Notes: a model not told the origin generated them from the letters alone. DNA of 64,000 nt from Escherichia coli (GCF_001677475.2 NZ_CP015229.1); one strand, 5' to 3'; numbered from the stretch's first letter, positions 13,347 to 29,034 are shown. Translations and numbers: made by a program.

Positions 13347-13678
13347 TGCAGCTTTATCCAGCATATAATCAACACCCATGCGCTTATTCCCCAGCACGCA
13401 ACAGAACCAACAAAAGCAGCGGGTAAGCGCATCATTCCGGTGAAATACCACAGCGACACCAGGTAAACAAAATAGGGAATAATCGACCACATGCTAAAAA
13501 TGATGGTTGCGCGCAAGGCTTCAATGCCGCGTTCGCTGGCAACAATATAATGCGCGATGAGTGCAAAGGTCGGGAAAAGTGGTATCAGCCCGGCGATATA
13601 ATAATTTTTCGTTTTTGCTAAAACACCAATCAACAGCACTACCAGCGCACCGAGCGCGGCTTTGATTACCAGCCCCAT
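13343..13678 (-). CDS. ydgC: GlpM-family inner membrane protein
   Basis: ORF track 111 aa; 3' end overlaps folM stop (convergent). Confidence 0.85.
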   Translation of the reverse strand: MGLVIKAALGALVVLLIGVLAKTKNYYIAGLIPLFPTFALIAHYIVASERGIEALRATIIFSMWSIIPYFVYLVSLWYFTGMMRLPAAFVGSVACWGISAWVLIICWIKLH

Positions 13679-13806
13679 CTTTTTACCTTAACACTTCCAT
13701 AACAAGTCATCAGTAGAATACCTGATGAAACCTTGTTTAGAAACGATTGATAGTAAGTAAAAACAGCGGGGTGTATTGTGACGTTTTTATATCTACCGTG
13801 AATGTT

Positions 13807-14526
13807 ATGAACACTATCGTATTTGTGGAAGATGATGCGGAAGTCGGTTCACTGATTGCTGCGTACCTGGCAAAACATGATATGCAGGTTACCGTGGAAC
13901 CGCGCGGCGACCGGGCCGAAGAAACTATTTTGCGAGAAAATCCGGATTTGGTGTTACTCGACATCATGCTACCAGGCAAGGACGGCATGACCATTTGTCG
14001 TGATTTACGCGCAAAGTGGTCCGGACCGATTGTTCTTCTAACCTCTCTCGATAGCGATATGAACCACATCCTGGCACTGGAAATGGGTGCCTGCGACTAT
14101 ATTCTCAAAACGACGCCCCCTGCTGTTTTGCTAGCGCGTTTACGTTTGCATTTGCGTCAGAATGAGCAAGCCACACTGACCAAAGGTCTACAGGAAACGT
14201 CTCTGACTCCCTACAAAGCCCTGCATTTCGGCACATTGACCATCGATCCCATCAACCGCGTAGTCACCCTGGCTAACACTGAAATCTCGCTCTCGACAGC
14301 TGATTTCGAATTATTGTGGGAATTAGCTACCCATGCCGGGCAAATCATGGACCGCGATGCATTGCTGAAAAATTTACGCGGCGTCAGTTATGACGGACTG
14401 GATCGTAGCGTGGACGTGGCTATTTCGCGGTTAAGAAAAAAACTGCTCGATAACGCCGCAGAACCTTATCGCATTAAAACTGTGCGTAACAAAGGCTATC
14501 TATTTGCGCCTCATGCATGGGAATAA
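13807..14526 (+). CDS. rstA: Two-component response regulator RstA (OmpR family)
   Basis: ORF track 13747..14526; likely start at MNTIVFVEDD (239 aa); receiver and winged-helix domains. Confidence 0.9.
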   Translation: MNTIVFVEDDAEVGSLIAAYLAKHDMQVTVEPRGDRAEETILRENPDLVLLDIMLPGKDGMTICRDLRAKWSGPIVLLTSLDSDMNHILALEMGACDYILKTTPPAVLLARLRLHLRQNEQATLTKGLQETSLTPYKALHFGTLTIDPINRVVTLANTEISLSTADFELLWELATHAGQIMDRDALLKNLRGVSYDGLDRSVDVAISRLRKKLLDNAAEPYRIKTVRNKGYLFAPHAWE

Positions 14527-14529
14527 GCG

Positions 14530-15831
14530 ATGAAAAAATTGTTTATCCAGTTTTACCTGTTATTGTTTGTCTGCTTCCTTGTGATGTCTCTGCTGGTTGG
14601 GCTGGTGTACAAATTTACCGCCGAACGCGCGGGCAAACAGTCGCTGGATGATTTGATGAACAGTTCGCTGTATCTGATGCGCAGCGAATTGCGTGAGATC
14701 CCCCCACACGACTGGGGTAAGACGCTGAAAGAGATGGATTTAAATCTCTCTTTCGATCTGCGTGTCGAGCCACTGAGTAAATACCATCTTGATGATATTT
14801 CCATGCACCGACTGCGTGGCGGCGAAATTGTCGCCCTGGACGATCAGTACACGTTTTTGCAACGTATCCCGCGCAGCCACTACGTGCTGGCAGTTGGTCC
14901 TGTTCCTTATCTTTATTATCTCCATCAGATGCGATTGCTGGATATCGCCCTGATCGCTTTTATTGCTATTTCCCTCGCCTTTCCGGTGTTTATCTGGATG
15001 CGTCCGCACTGGCAGGATATGTTAAAACTGGAAGCAGCGGCGCAACGATTTGGCGATGGGCATCTCAATGAACGTATCCACTTTGATGAGGGTTCGAGCT
15101 TTGAACGACTTGGTATCGCATTTAACCAGATGGCCGACAATATCAACGCCTTGATTGCCAGCAAAAAACAGCTTATTGACGGTATCGCTCACGAACTGCG
15201 AACACCGTTAGTGCGCCTGCGTTATCGACTGGAGATGAGCGATAACCTGAGCGCCGCCGAATCCCAGGCGTTGAATCGCGATATCAGTCAACTTGAAGCT
15301 TTAATTGAAGAGCTGCTGACTTATGCCCGACTCGATCGCCCACAAAACGAGCTTCATCTTAGCGAACCAGACCTGCCGTTGTGGCTGTCAACGCATCTGG
15401 CAGACATTCAGGCAGTAACACCCGATAAAACGGTACGGATTAAAACGCTCGCGCAAGGCCATTATGCGGCGTTGGATATGCGCTTAATGGAGCGCGTGCT
15501 GGATAATTTGCTCAATAACGCCCTGCGCTACTGTCATTCAACGGTTGAAACCAGCCTGCTACTGTCGGGGAATAGAGCGACATTAATTGTTGAGGATGAT
15601 GGCCCAGGGATTGCCCCAGAAAACCGCGAACATATCTTTGAACCTTTTGTTCGCCTCGATCCCAGCCGGGATCGCTCAACCGGCGGCTGCGGGCTGGGGT
15701 TGGCAATTGTCCACTCTATAGCACTAGCAATGGGCGGTACGGTTAATTGTGACACCAGCGAACTGGGTGGTGCCCGCTTCTCGTTTAGCTGGCCGTTATG
15801 GCATAACATCCCGCAATTTACCTCTGCTTGA
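14530..15831 (+). CDS. rstB: Sensor histidine kinase RstB
   Basis: ORF track 433 aa; H-box IAHELRTPL, HATPase motifs. Confidence 0.9.
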   Translation: MKKLFIQFYLLLFVCFLVMSLLVGLVYKFTAERAGKQSLDDLMNSSLYLMRSELREIPPHDWGKTLKEMDLNLSFDLRVEPLSKYHLDDISMHRLRGGEIVALDDQYTFLQRIPRSHYVLAVGPVPYLYYLHQMRLLDIALIAFIAISLAFPVFIWMRPHWQDMLKLEAAAQRFGDGHLNERIHFDEGSSFERLGIAFNQMADNINALIASKKQLIDGIAHELRTPLVRLRYRLEMSDNLSAAESQALNRDISQLEALIEELLTYARLDRPQNELHLSEPDLPLWLSTHLADIQAVTPDKTVRIKTLAQGHYAALDMRLMERVLDNLLNNALRYCHSTVETSLLLSGNRATLIVEDDGPGIAPENREHIFEPFVRLDPSRDRSTGGCGLGLAIVHSIALAMGGTVNCDTSELGGARFSFSWPLWHNIPQFTSA

Positions 15832-15872
15832 CACTACGCGCACGGTGGTCAAGTCACCACCACTGTGCTATA

Positions 15873-18236
<2,364 letters not shown>

Positions 18237-18362
18237 GGCCTGCTCCTCACCTGATTAATTTTTTCTTTCTGTTTTGCTTTCGCTAAGCAACTTTTAGCTC
18301 ACTCATTATTTACCATTTGATAACAAATGTTTGGTCTTTCGTGCCATGTAAAAAAACCGCCC

Positions 18363-18366
18363 CGAA
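18363..18366. repeat. Target-site duplication CGAA (left copy)
   Basis: Identical CGAA directly abuts both IS ends (second copy 19808..19811). Confidence 0.7.
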
Positions 18367-18384
18367 TGAACTGCACCCCAAAAG

Positions 18385-18939
18385 TTGGACACTCAACGAA
18401 GTAAGGTGCAGTTTTTTATGAGTAAATATTCTCTCAGCTTTAAGCTTGAGGTTGTGCAGCACTATCTTTCCGGCATGGAAGGGCAGAAAGCGACTGCAAA
18501 GCGTTTTGGTATCGATCACAGTGCCGTTCGTAAGTGGACTGCTGCCTGGAAGCTTCATGGCGAAGCCGGACTTACCACCCGGCATTTCGCCTATTCTCCC
18601 GTCTTTAAAGAGTCCGTTATCCTGCATATGCGTGAGCACCGGTTGTCTGTTCGCGAAGTCTGTGCAAAATTCACTATTCCGGCTTTCTCCACGGTCCTTC
18701 TGTGGGAACGCCTGTATGATGAAGGGGGATTAGAAGCCCTCACTGACAGCCGACGCGGGAGAAAAACGATGCCAGAACGCCCTGAAAATAACCCGGCACC
18801 TTCTTTACAGGCTCCTCTTAACCATGATGAACGAGAGGAACTTGAACAACTGCGTGTTGAAGTGGCTTATCTAAAAAAGTTGCAGGCCTTGCTCAGGGAA
18901 AAAAGCACGTCAAAACGCGGGATAAAACGCAGATCGTGA
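18385..18939 (+). CDS. IS3-family transposase OrfA (HTH DNA-binding, leucine-zipper C-terminus)
   Basis: ORF track 184 aa; resembles IS150-group OrfA architecture; contains in-frame A_AAA_AAG slippery heptamer. Confidence 0.85.
   Translation: MDTQRSKVQFFMSKYSLSFKLEVVQHYLSGMEGQKATAKRFGIDHSAVRKWTAAWKLHGEAGLTTRHFAYSPVFKESVILHMREHRLSVREVCAKFTIPAFSTVLLWERLYDEGGLEALTDSRRGRKTMPERPENNPAPSLQAPLNHDEREELEQLRVEVAYLKKLQALLREKSTSKRGIKRRS
18873..18879 (+). promoter_or_regulatory. Programmed -1 ribosomal frameshift slippery heptamer A_AAA_AAG
   Basis: In orfA frame codons CTA AAA AAG; -1 frame is open from here into orfB (checked codon by codon to 18936). Confidence 0.7.
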
Positions 18940-19775
18940 ATGAGTTAAGGCCGGACTTCCCTCTTGCGCGCTTGTTAAAAGCGGCAGGGCTGGCGAGAAG
19001 TACGTTCTACTGGCAACTGGCGAGCGGTAAAAAACCAGACAAATATGCCGATGATAAGCGGCAGATTTTAACGCTGTTCCATAAACATAAAGGACGGTAT
19101 GGATACAGGCGAATCACGCTGGCTATCCGCCGGGAAGGAAGCTTACTGAACCATAAAAAGGTTCAGAGGTTAATGAAGGCGTTAGATTTAACCTGCTGTA
19201 TCAGAAGGAAGAAATACAACTCTTACAGAGGCCGGTATGGGAAAGTGGCGGGTAATGTGCTGAACCGGCAGTTCAGTGCGGATAAGCCCAACCAGAAGTG
19301 GGTAACAGATGTCACGGAATTTAAAATCAGCGGAGAAAAACTGTATCTGTCCCCCGTTCTGGATCTGTATAACGGAGAAATAGTTGCGTATCAGATGGCG
19401 TCCCGTCCTCTTCTGTCGATGGTGGATGACATGCTGTTGAAGGCTGTATCTGTACTGGGTAAAGACGAATACCCGCTGCTCCACTCAGATCAGGGCTGGC
19501 AATATCAGATGGCGCATTATCAGAACCGGCTTAAGGAGGCTGGTCTGAAACAGAGCATGTCAAGGAAGGGGAACTGTCATGACAATGCGGTGATGGAAAG
19601 CTTCTTCGGCACGCTGAAATCTGAGTGTTTTTACCTGATGGAACACAAGAATATCAGCGAGTTGCGCATGGCTATCGATAATTACATCCACTATTACAAC
19701 CATGAAAGAATAAAACAGAAACTGAAAGGCCTGAGTCCGGTAGAGTACCGAACCCAGGCCCTGATAGCCGCTTAA
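18936..19775 (+). CDS. IS3-family transposase OrfB (DDE catalytic domain), probably expressed as OrfAB fusion
   Basis: ORF track 279 aa; motifs HSDQGWQYQ and NCHDNAVMESFFGTLKSE typical of IS3-family integrase core. Confidence 0.85.
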   Translation: MNELRPDFPLARLLKAAGLARSTFYWQLASGKKPDKYADDKRQILTLFHKHKGRYGYRRITLAIRREGSLLNHKKVQRLMKALDLTCCIRRKKYNSYRGRYGKVAGNVLNRQFSADKPNQKWVTDVTEFKISGEKLYLSPVLDLYNGEIVAYQMASRPLLSMVDDMLLKAVSVLGKDEYPLLHSDQGWQYQMAHYQNRLKEAGLKQSMSRKGNCHDNAVMESFFGTLKSECFYLMEHKNISELRMAIDNYIHYYNHERIKQKLKGLSPVEYRTQALIAA

Positions 19776-19807
19776 TATAAACCGTCCAACATTATGGGGT
19801 CAGTTCA

Positions 19808-19811
19808 CGAA
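19808..19811. repeat. Target-site duplication CGAA (right copy)
   Basis: See left copy. Confidence 0.7.
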
Positions 19812-19823
19812 GGGCGGCTCTGT

Positions 19824-21470
19824 TTATTTCACACAGCGGGTGCATTGTGTGAGTTGTATCTGCTGGAAGAAGTCATTTCCTTTATCATCCACAAGGATAA
19901 ACGCCGGGAAATCTTCCACTTCAATTTTCCAGATGGCTTCCATTCCCAGTTCCGGATATTCAACACATTCCAGGCTCTTAATACTTCCCTGCGCCAATAC
20001 AGCTGCCGGACCACCGATACTGCCGAGGTAGAAGCCGCCGTGTTTTTTACAAGCATCCGTCACCTGCTGGCTGCGGTTGCCTTTCGCCAGCATGATCATA
20101 CTTCCGCCCTGCGCTTGCAGTTGATCGACATAAGAATCCATCCGTCCGGCGGTCGTTGGGCCAAGAGAACCGGAGGCATAACCTTCCGGCGTTTTGGCCG
20201 GACCCGCGTAGTAAATCGGATGATCTTTAATGTACTGCGGCAGCCCTTCACCGTTATCCATCCGCTCTTTCAGTTTGGCGTGAGCAATATCACGACCAAC
20301 GATAATCGTGCCATTCAGCGATAAGCGTGTAGAAACGGGATACTGCGACAACTGTGCGAGGATCTCTTTCATCGGACGGTTAAGGTCAACGCGCACCGCT
20401 TCGCCTTCTCCCGCTTTGCGCAGCTCTTCCGGGATATATTTGCCTGGATTATGTTCCAGTTTTTCGATCCAGACACCCTGACGGTTGATCTTCGCTTTGA
20501 TATTACGGTCAGCAGAACAGGAGACACCCATACCGACCGGGCAGGATGCGCCGTGACGTGGCAGGCGAATCACGCGGATGTCGTGAGCGAAGTATTTACC
20601 ACCAAACTGCGCACCCAGACCAAGATTTTGCGCTTCGATCAGCAATTCTTTTTCCAGTTCCACATCGCGGAACGCCTGACCGTGCTCATTCCCTTCCGTT
20701 GGTAGTTCATCATAGTATTTCGCGGAAGCCAGTTTCACCGTTTTAAGGTTCGTTTCTGCAGAAGTTCCACCAATAACGAACGCAATATGATACGGAGGAC
20801 AGGCCGCCGTACCCAGAGTGCGCATCTTCTCAACCAGGTAATTTTTCAGTTTCCCCGGCGTTAGTAACGCTTTGGTTTCCTGATAGAGATACGTCTTGTT
20901 TGCCGAACCACCACCTTTGGCGATACAGAGGAATTTGTACTCGTCGCCATCAACGGCATAAAGATCGATCTGCGCTGGCAGATTGGTGCCGGTATTCACC
21001 TCTTTATACATATCCAGTGGCGCGTTTTGCGAGTAGCGCAGATTATCTTCGATATAAGTGTTATAGACACCGCGCGCCAGCGCCGCTTCATCACCACCAC
21101 CGGTCCATACACGCTGCCCTTTTTTACCAACAATAATCGCGGTGCCGGTATCCTGACAGGTCGGCAGAATGCCTTTCGCCGCGATGTCGGAGTTACGCAG
21201 GAATTGCAGCGCCACATATTTATCATTTTCGCTGGCTTCTGGGTCACGCAGAATGTCGGCCACCTGTTGTTGGTGAGCCGGACGCAGCATAAACGACGCA
21301 TCATGAAACGCCTGACGCGCCAACAAAGTTAACGCTTCGGGTGCGACTTTCAAAATCTCCTGCCCTTCAAATTCAGATACGCTAACGTGTTCGCTGGTTA
21401 GCAGGTAATACTCAGTATCATCTTTTTTGAGTGGAAAAGGAGCCTGATAATGAAAGGGTTTGTTTGACAT
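19824..21470 (-). CDS. fumA: Fumarate hydratase class I (Fe-S, aerobic)
   Basis: ORF track 548 aa. Confidence 0.95.
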   Translation of the reverse strand: MSNKPFHYQAPFPLKKDDTEYYLLTSEHVSVSEFEGQEILKVAPEALTLLARQAFHDASFMLRPAHQQQVADILRDPEASENDKYVALQFLRNSDIAAKGILPTCQDTGTAIIVGKKGQRVWTGGGDEAALARGVYNTYIEDNLRYSQNAPLDMYKEVNTGTNLPAQIDLYAVDGDEYKFLCIAKGGGSANKTYLYQETKALLTPGKLKNYLVEKMRTLGTAACPPYHIAFVIGGTSAETNLKTVKLASAKYYDELPTEGNEHGQAFRDVELEKELLIEAQNLGLGAQFGGKYFAHDIRVIRLPRHGASCPVGMGVSCSADRNIKAKINRQGVWIEKLEHNPGKYIPEELRKAGEGEAVRVDLNRPMKEILAQLSQYPVSTRLSLNGTIIVGRDIAHAKLKERMDNGEGLPQYIKDHPIYYAGPAKTPEGYASGSLGPTTAGRMDSYVDQLQAQGGSMIMLAKGNRSQQVTDACKKHGGFYLGSIGGPAAVLAQGSIKSLECVEYPELGMEAIWKIEVEDFPAFILVDDKGNDFFQQIQLTQCTRCVK

Positions 21471-21668
21471 TGTTCTCTCACTTACTGCCTGGTTTGGTTA
21501 TGCTCTGGGCGGGTGTTCCGTTGCCCTGTTAAAAGCGAGTAACAATATCCTACACACTTTTTTAACAAAAACTGAGACTAGTACGACTTTTTGCGGCTCC
21601 AGGTTACTTCCCGTAGGATTCTTGCTTTAATAGCGGGATTAATTTCCACATTAAAACAGGGATTGATC

Positions 21669-22844
21669 ATGCAAAAACTCATTAACTCAGTGCAAAACTA
21701 TGCCTGGGGCAGCAAAACGGCGTTGACTGAACTTTATGGTATGGAAAATCCGTCCAGCCAGCCGATGGCCGAGCTGTGGATGGGCGCACATCCGAAAAGC
21801 AGTTCACGGGTGCAGAATGCCGCCGGAGATATCGTTTCACTGCGTGATGTGATTGAGAGTGATAAATCGACTCTGCTCGGAGAGGCCGTTGCCAAACGCT
21901 TTGGCGAACTGCCTTTCCTGTTCAAAGTATTATGCGCAGCACAGCCGCTCTCCATTCAGGTTCATCCAAACAAACGCAATTCTGAAATCGGTTTTGCCAA
22001 AGAAAATGCCGCAGGTATTCCGATGGATGCCGCCGAGCGTAACTATAAAGATCCTAACCACAAGCCGGAGCTGGTTTTTGCGCTGACGCCTTTCCTTGCG
22101 ATGAACGCGTTTCGAGAGTTTTCCGAGATTGTCTCCCTACTCCAGCCGGTCGCAGGTGCACATCCGGCGATTGCTCACTTTTTACAACAGCCTGATGCCG
22201 AACGTTTAAGCGAACTGTTCGCCAGCCTGTTGAATATGCAGGGTGAAGAAAAATCCCGCGCGCTAGCGATTTTAAAATCGTCCCTCGATAGCCAGCAGGG
22301 TGAACCGTGGCAAACGATTCGTTTAATTTCTGAATTTTACCCGGAAGACAGCGGTCTGTTCTCCCCGCTATTGCTGAATGTGGTGAAATTGAATCCTGGC
22401 GAAGCGATGTTCCTGTTCGCTGAAACACCGCACGCTTACCTGCAAGGCGTGGCACTGGAAGTGATGGCGAACTCCGATAACGTGCTGCGTGCGGGTCTGA
22501 CCCCTAAATACATTGATATTCCGGAACTGGTTGCCAATGTGAAGTTCGAAGCCAAACCGGCTAACCAGTTGTTGACCCAGCCGGTGAAACAAGGTGCAGA
22601 ACTGGACTTCCCGATTCCTGTGGATGATTTTGCCTTCTCGCTGCATGACCTTAGTGATAAAGAAACCACCATTAGCCAGCAGAGTGCCGCCATTTTGTTC
22701 TGCGTCGAAGGCGATGCAACGCTGTGTAAAGGTTCTCAACAGTTACAGCTTAAACCGGGTGAATCAGCGTTTATTGCCGCCAACGAATCACCGGTGACTG
22801 TCAAAGGCCACGGCCGTTTAGCGCGTGTTTACAACAAGCTGTAA
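21669..22844 (+). CDS. manA: Mannose-6-phosphate isomerase
   Basis: ORF track 21591..22844; true start likely MQKLINSVQNYAWGSK (391 aa). Confidence 0.95.
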   Translation: MQKLINSVQNYAWGSKTALTELYGMENPSSQPMAELWMGAHPKSSSRVQNAAGDIVSLRDVIESDKSTLLGEAVAKRFGELPFLFKVLCAAQPLSIQVHPNKRNSEIGFAKENAAGIPMDAAERNYKDPNHKPELVFALTPFLAMNAFREFSEIVSLLQPVAGAHPAIAHFLQQPDAERLSELFASLLNMQGEEKSRALAILKSSLDSQQGEPWQTIRLISEFYPEDSGLFSPLLLNVVKLNPGEAMFLFAETPHAYLQGVALEVMANSDNVLRAGLTPKYIDIPELVANVKFEAKPANQLLTQPVKQGAELDFPIPVDDFAFSLHDLSDKETTISQQSAAILFCVEGDATLCKGSQQLQLKPGESAFIAANESPVTVKGHGRLARVYNKL

Positions 22845-22903
22845 GAGCTTACTGAAAAAATTAACATCTCTTGCTAAGCTTATTAAAGGCTTATAACACC
22901 TTC

Positions 22904-22931
22904 AGGCGGCCAGTCCGCCTGATTTCATTTT
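22904..22931 (+). terminator. Hairpin AGGCGG-CCAGT-CCGCCT followed by GATTTCATTTT after manA
   Basis: Read from sequence. Confidence 0.5.
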
Positions 22932-22944
22932 ATGGATAATCATT

Positions 22945-24453
22945 ATGAATAAATCGCTGGTAGCGGTAGGCGTCATTGTTGCGCTAGGCGTAGTCTGGAC
23001 AGGCGGCGCATGGTATACAGGCAAGAAGATTGAAACCCATCTCGAAGACATGGTCGCGCAAGCGAACGCGCAACTCAAACTGACAGCTCCTGAATCCAAC
23101 CTGGAAGTCAGTTATCAAAACTATCATCGCGGCGTATTCAGCAGCCAGTTGCAACTGTTGTTGAAACCCATTGCCGGGAAAGAAAATCCGTGGATTAAAA
23201 GCGGTCAGAGCGTCATCTTCAACGAATCGGTTGATCATGGTCCCTTTCCCCTTGCCCAGCTCAAAAAACTGAACCTGATCCCGTCGATGGCATCAATTCA
23301 AACCACGCTGGTTAATAACGAAGTAAGCAAACCACTGTTTGATATGGCAAAAGGTGAAACGCCTTTTGAGATTAACTCCCGCATTGGTTACAGCGGAGAT
23401 TCCAGTTCCGATATTTCGCTCAAACCACTGAATTACGCGCAAAAGGATGAAAAAGTCGCCTTTAGCGGCGGCGAGTTCCAGTTAAATGCTGACAGAGACG
23501 GCAAAGCTATCTCCCTTTCCGGGGAGGCGCAAAGTGGTCGGATAGACGCAGTTAACGAATACAACCAGAAAGTGCAGTTGACCTTTAATAATCTGAAAAC
23601 CGACGGTTCCAGCACGCTGGCAAGTTTTGGTGAGCGCGTAGGAAACCAAAAACTGTCACTGGAAAAAATGACCATTTCAGTGGAAGGCAAAGAACTGGCA
23701 CTGCTGGAAGGCATGGAGATCAGCGGTAAATCGGATCTGGTCAATGATGGTAAAACGATCAATAGCCAACTGGATTACTCGCTAAACAGCCTGAAGGTAC
23801 AGAATCAGGATCTGGGCAGCGGCAAGCTGACTTTAAAAGTCGGCCAGATTGATGGTGAAGCCTGGCATCAGTTTAGCCAGCAATATAACGCGCAAACTCA
23901 GGCGCTGCTGGCACAGCCAGAAATTGCCAACAATCCCGAACTTTATCAGGAGAAAGTGACAGAAGCCTTCTTTAGCGCCCTGCCGCTGTTGCTGAAAGGC
24001 GATCCGGTGATTACTATTGCGCCGCTAAGCTGGAAAAACAGTCAGGGTGAAAGTGCGCTGAATCTTTCGCTGTTCCTGAAAGATCCGGCAACGACTAAAG
24101 AAGCGCCGCAAACGCTAGCGCAGGAAGTAGACCGCTCGGTTAAATCTCTGGATGCGAAACTTACCATTCCGGTGGATATGGCAACTGAGTTGATGACTCA
24201 GGTAGCGAAGCTGGAAGGTTATCAGGAAGATCAAGCGAAAAAACTGGCGAAACAGCAAGTTGAAGGTGCATCAGCAATGGGGCAGATGTTCCGTCTGACC
24301 ACCTTGCAGGACAATACCATCACCACCAGCCTGCAATATGCTAACGGTCAGATCACGTTAAACGGGCAGAAAATGCCACTGGAAGATTTTGTTGGGATGT
24401 TTGCGATGCCGGCATTAAACGTTCCGGCTGTACCCGCTATTCCGCAGCAGTAA
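22945..24453 (+). CDS. ydgA: DUF945-family secreted/periplasmic protein
   Basis: ORF track 502 aa with N-terminal signal anchor. Confidence 0.85.
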   Translation: MNKSLVAVGVIVALGVVWTGGAWYTGKKIETHLEDMVAQANAQLKLTAPESNLEVSYQNYHRGVFSSQLQLLLKPIAGKENPWIKSGQSVIFNESVDHGPFPLAQLKKLNLIPSMASIQTTLVNNEVSKPLFDMAKGETPFEINSRIGYSGDSSSDISLKPLNYAQKDEKVAFSGGEFQLNADRDGKAISLSGEAQSGRIDAVNEYNQKVQLTFNNLKTDGSSTLASFGERVGNQKLSLEKMTISVEGKELALLEGMEISGKSDLVNDGKTINSQLDYSLNSLKVQNQDLGSGKLTLKVGQIDGEAWHQFSQQYNAQTQALLAQPEIANNPELYQEKVTEAFFSALPLLLKGDPVITIAPLSWKNSQGESALNLSLFLKDPATTKEAPQTLAQEVDRSVKSLDAKLTIPVDMATELMTQVAKLEGYQEDQAKKLAKQQVEGASAMGQMFRLTTLQDNTITTSLQYANGQITLNGQKMPLEDFVGMFAMPALNVPAVPAIPQQ

Positions 24454-24466
24454 TTCACAGCCAAAA

Positions 24467-24497
24467 CGCCGGAGATTTTTCTCTCCGGCGTTATTTC
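24467..24497. terminator. Bidirectional terminator hairpin (CGCCGGAGA-TTTTTC-TCTCCGGCG) between convergent ydgA and uidC
   Basis: Stem-loop with T-runs on both strands. Confidence 0.6.
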
Positions 24498-25763
24498 TTA
24501 CTTCAACATAAAGTCATACTGAATACTCATTTTCACATCCCAGTAATTCAGGCGATCGCCCAGAGTACTGCCATCGCGCTTTTCCCGCCCTTTATCGGCA
24601 GCAAGAAAGAAATTCATCCCTTGTAACGGCCCTTCGCTGACCCGATAGTTCATACCACCTAAGATACCCGCGCCTTCAATCCGCACATCTCGTTTACTGG
24701 ATTCATAGCCGCGAGTCACAATCGGTGCAAATGTCAGCGTAAATTGCGGAGTTACACGGTAGTTAACGCCCAATTGCCAGGACTGCATTCCTTCACGGTT
24801 ACGATCAAGACTTAATGAAAAGGGATAGCCAATGTCGGTATCCACCACGGCACCATTCATTGCATGGCGCAAATAACCACCACTGCCAAATACGCTTCCC
24901 CACGGCGCATTCCAGGTCAATTGTCCACTAACCAACGCCGTTTCATTGGGCTGGCTGGTATTACGACTTAAACCTTCGAGCTGCGCGTAAAAGCCGAGCA
25001 ACTCCCCTTTCAACGTATAATTCGGGTCGAGCGGTATGCTTTTCTCAAGAATACTTTGTATCTGATTGGAAACATCTTTCTGTACCGATGCCCCCAGAGA
25101 ATAGCGACTGGTATTATCATGCCAACTGGCGGCTAAAAAAGAACGTGCGCGGTGTTTATCGTATTTTCCCGTCTGGCTGTTATACACCCCTTCATCACGA
25201 ATACCGGTTGTTGAATCGGTCCATAAAAATACTCGTGAACGCCACATTCCCCACAGATCAATATTTGGCGTTAAAGCCCAATAACCTAATGCTCCTTCAG
25301 AAACTGTCGGTAATGTACGTTGCGAACTGCCAGCCATTAACGGAATACGATAAGGTAAGCTACCATAACTATAATCCGTCCCGAAGCGACCTAATTTAAG
25401 TAGGCTATTTTCACTGGGTTTTATTTTTACTGCTCCCAGGGCAAAGCCAAAACTTTTATCACCATCAAGATACCACCGGGTACTCATATCAGCACGAGCA
25501 CCTAATTTATAAACATAATACGCCCCGCCTTCAACGCCAATAATATTGGAATAATAACCACTATTGAAATCGAGCAATCCTCCCTGTACCCATGCGTAAA
25601 TATCTCTTCCCGCGCCAGCACTGGGCTTATCAGCCCTGCGTAATTCATTTTTCAGTCTGATGCGCAGTCCCGCTTCATCGTCAGCCAGTTGCGCCGCGTA
25701 AGCAGAGGTAAGGCCAGAGGCAGCCGTCAGGCAAATAACGGCCATGGCCACTATTTTTCTCAT
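24498..25763 (-). CDS. uidC: Outer membrane porin for glucuronides
   Basis: ORF track 421 aa, signal peptide, C-terminal aromatic residue typical of beta-barrels. Confidence 0.9.
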   Translation of the reverse strand: MRKIVAMAVICLTAASGLTSAYAAQLADDEAGLRIRLKNELRRADKPSAGAGRDIYAWVQGGLLDFNSGYYSNIIGVEGGAYYVYKLGARADMSTRWYLDGDKSFGFALGAVKIKPSENSLLKLGRFGTDYSYGSLPYRIPLMAGSSQRTLPTVSEGALGYWALTPNIDLWGMWRSRVFLWTDSTTGIRDEGVYNSQTGKYDKHRARSFLAASWHDNTSRYSLGASVQKDVSNQIQSILEKSIPLDPNYTLKGELLGFYAQLEGLSRNTSQPNETALVSGQLTWNAPWGSVFGSGGYLRHAMNGAVVDTDIGYPFSLSLDRNREGMQSWQLGVNYRVTPQFTLTFAPIVTRGYESSKRDVRIEGAGILGGMNYRVSEGPLQGMNFFLAADKGREKRDGSTLGDRLNYWDVKMSIQYDFMLK

Positions 25764-25801
25764 AGTTGCACCTTTGATGTTCTGATTATTTTTATTGAAT
25801 A

Positions 25802-29034
<3,233 letters not shown>

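Larger units (their letters stand above)
18367..19807 (+). mobile_element. IS3-family insertion sequence (IS150-like subgroup), 1441 bp, two overlapping transposase ORFs
   Basis: Imperfect terminal inverted repeats TGAACTGCACCCCAAAAGTTGGAC (left) / TGAACTGACCCCATAATGTTGGAC (right, reverse complement); TG...CA ends; flanked by 4-bp direct repeat CGAA; orfA+orfB with -1 frame relationship. Confidence 0.9.

Noticed and set aside
19794-20324. 176-codon plus-strand ORF starting inside the right IS end and running antisense through the 3' part of fumA
   Set aside because: Antisense to a highly conserved enzyme gene and GC-biased third positions fit fumA on the other strand; no evidence for an IS-driven fusion product, although outward transcription from the IS cannot be excluded.
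21591-21668. N-terminal extensions proposed by the ORF track for manA (also malX 32069..32272, pntA 9552..9605, ydgJ 37229..37267, sodC 57571..57621, tus 15895..15906, tyrS 50144..50155, rstA 13747..13806, ydhJ 54137..54178, ydgK 38146..38169)
   Set aside because: The track takes the most upstream in-frame start; internal starts reproduce the expected mature N-termini and signal peptides and fit known protein lengths.
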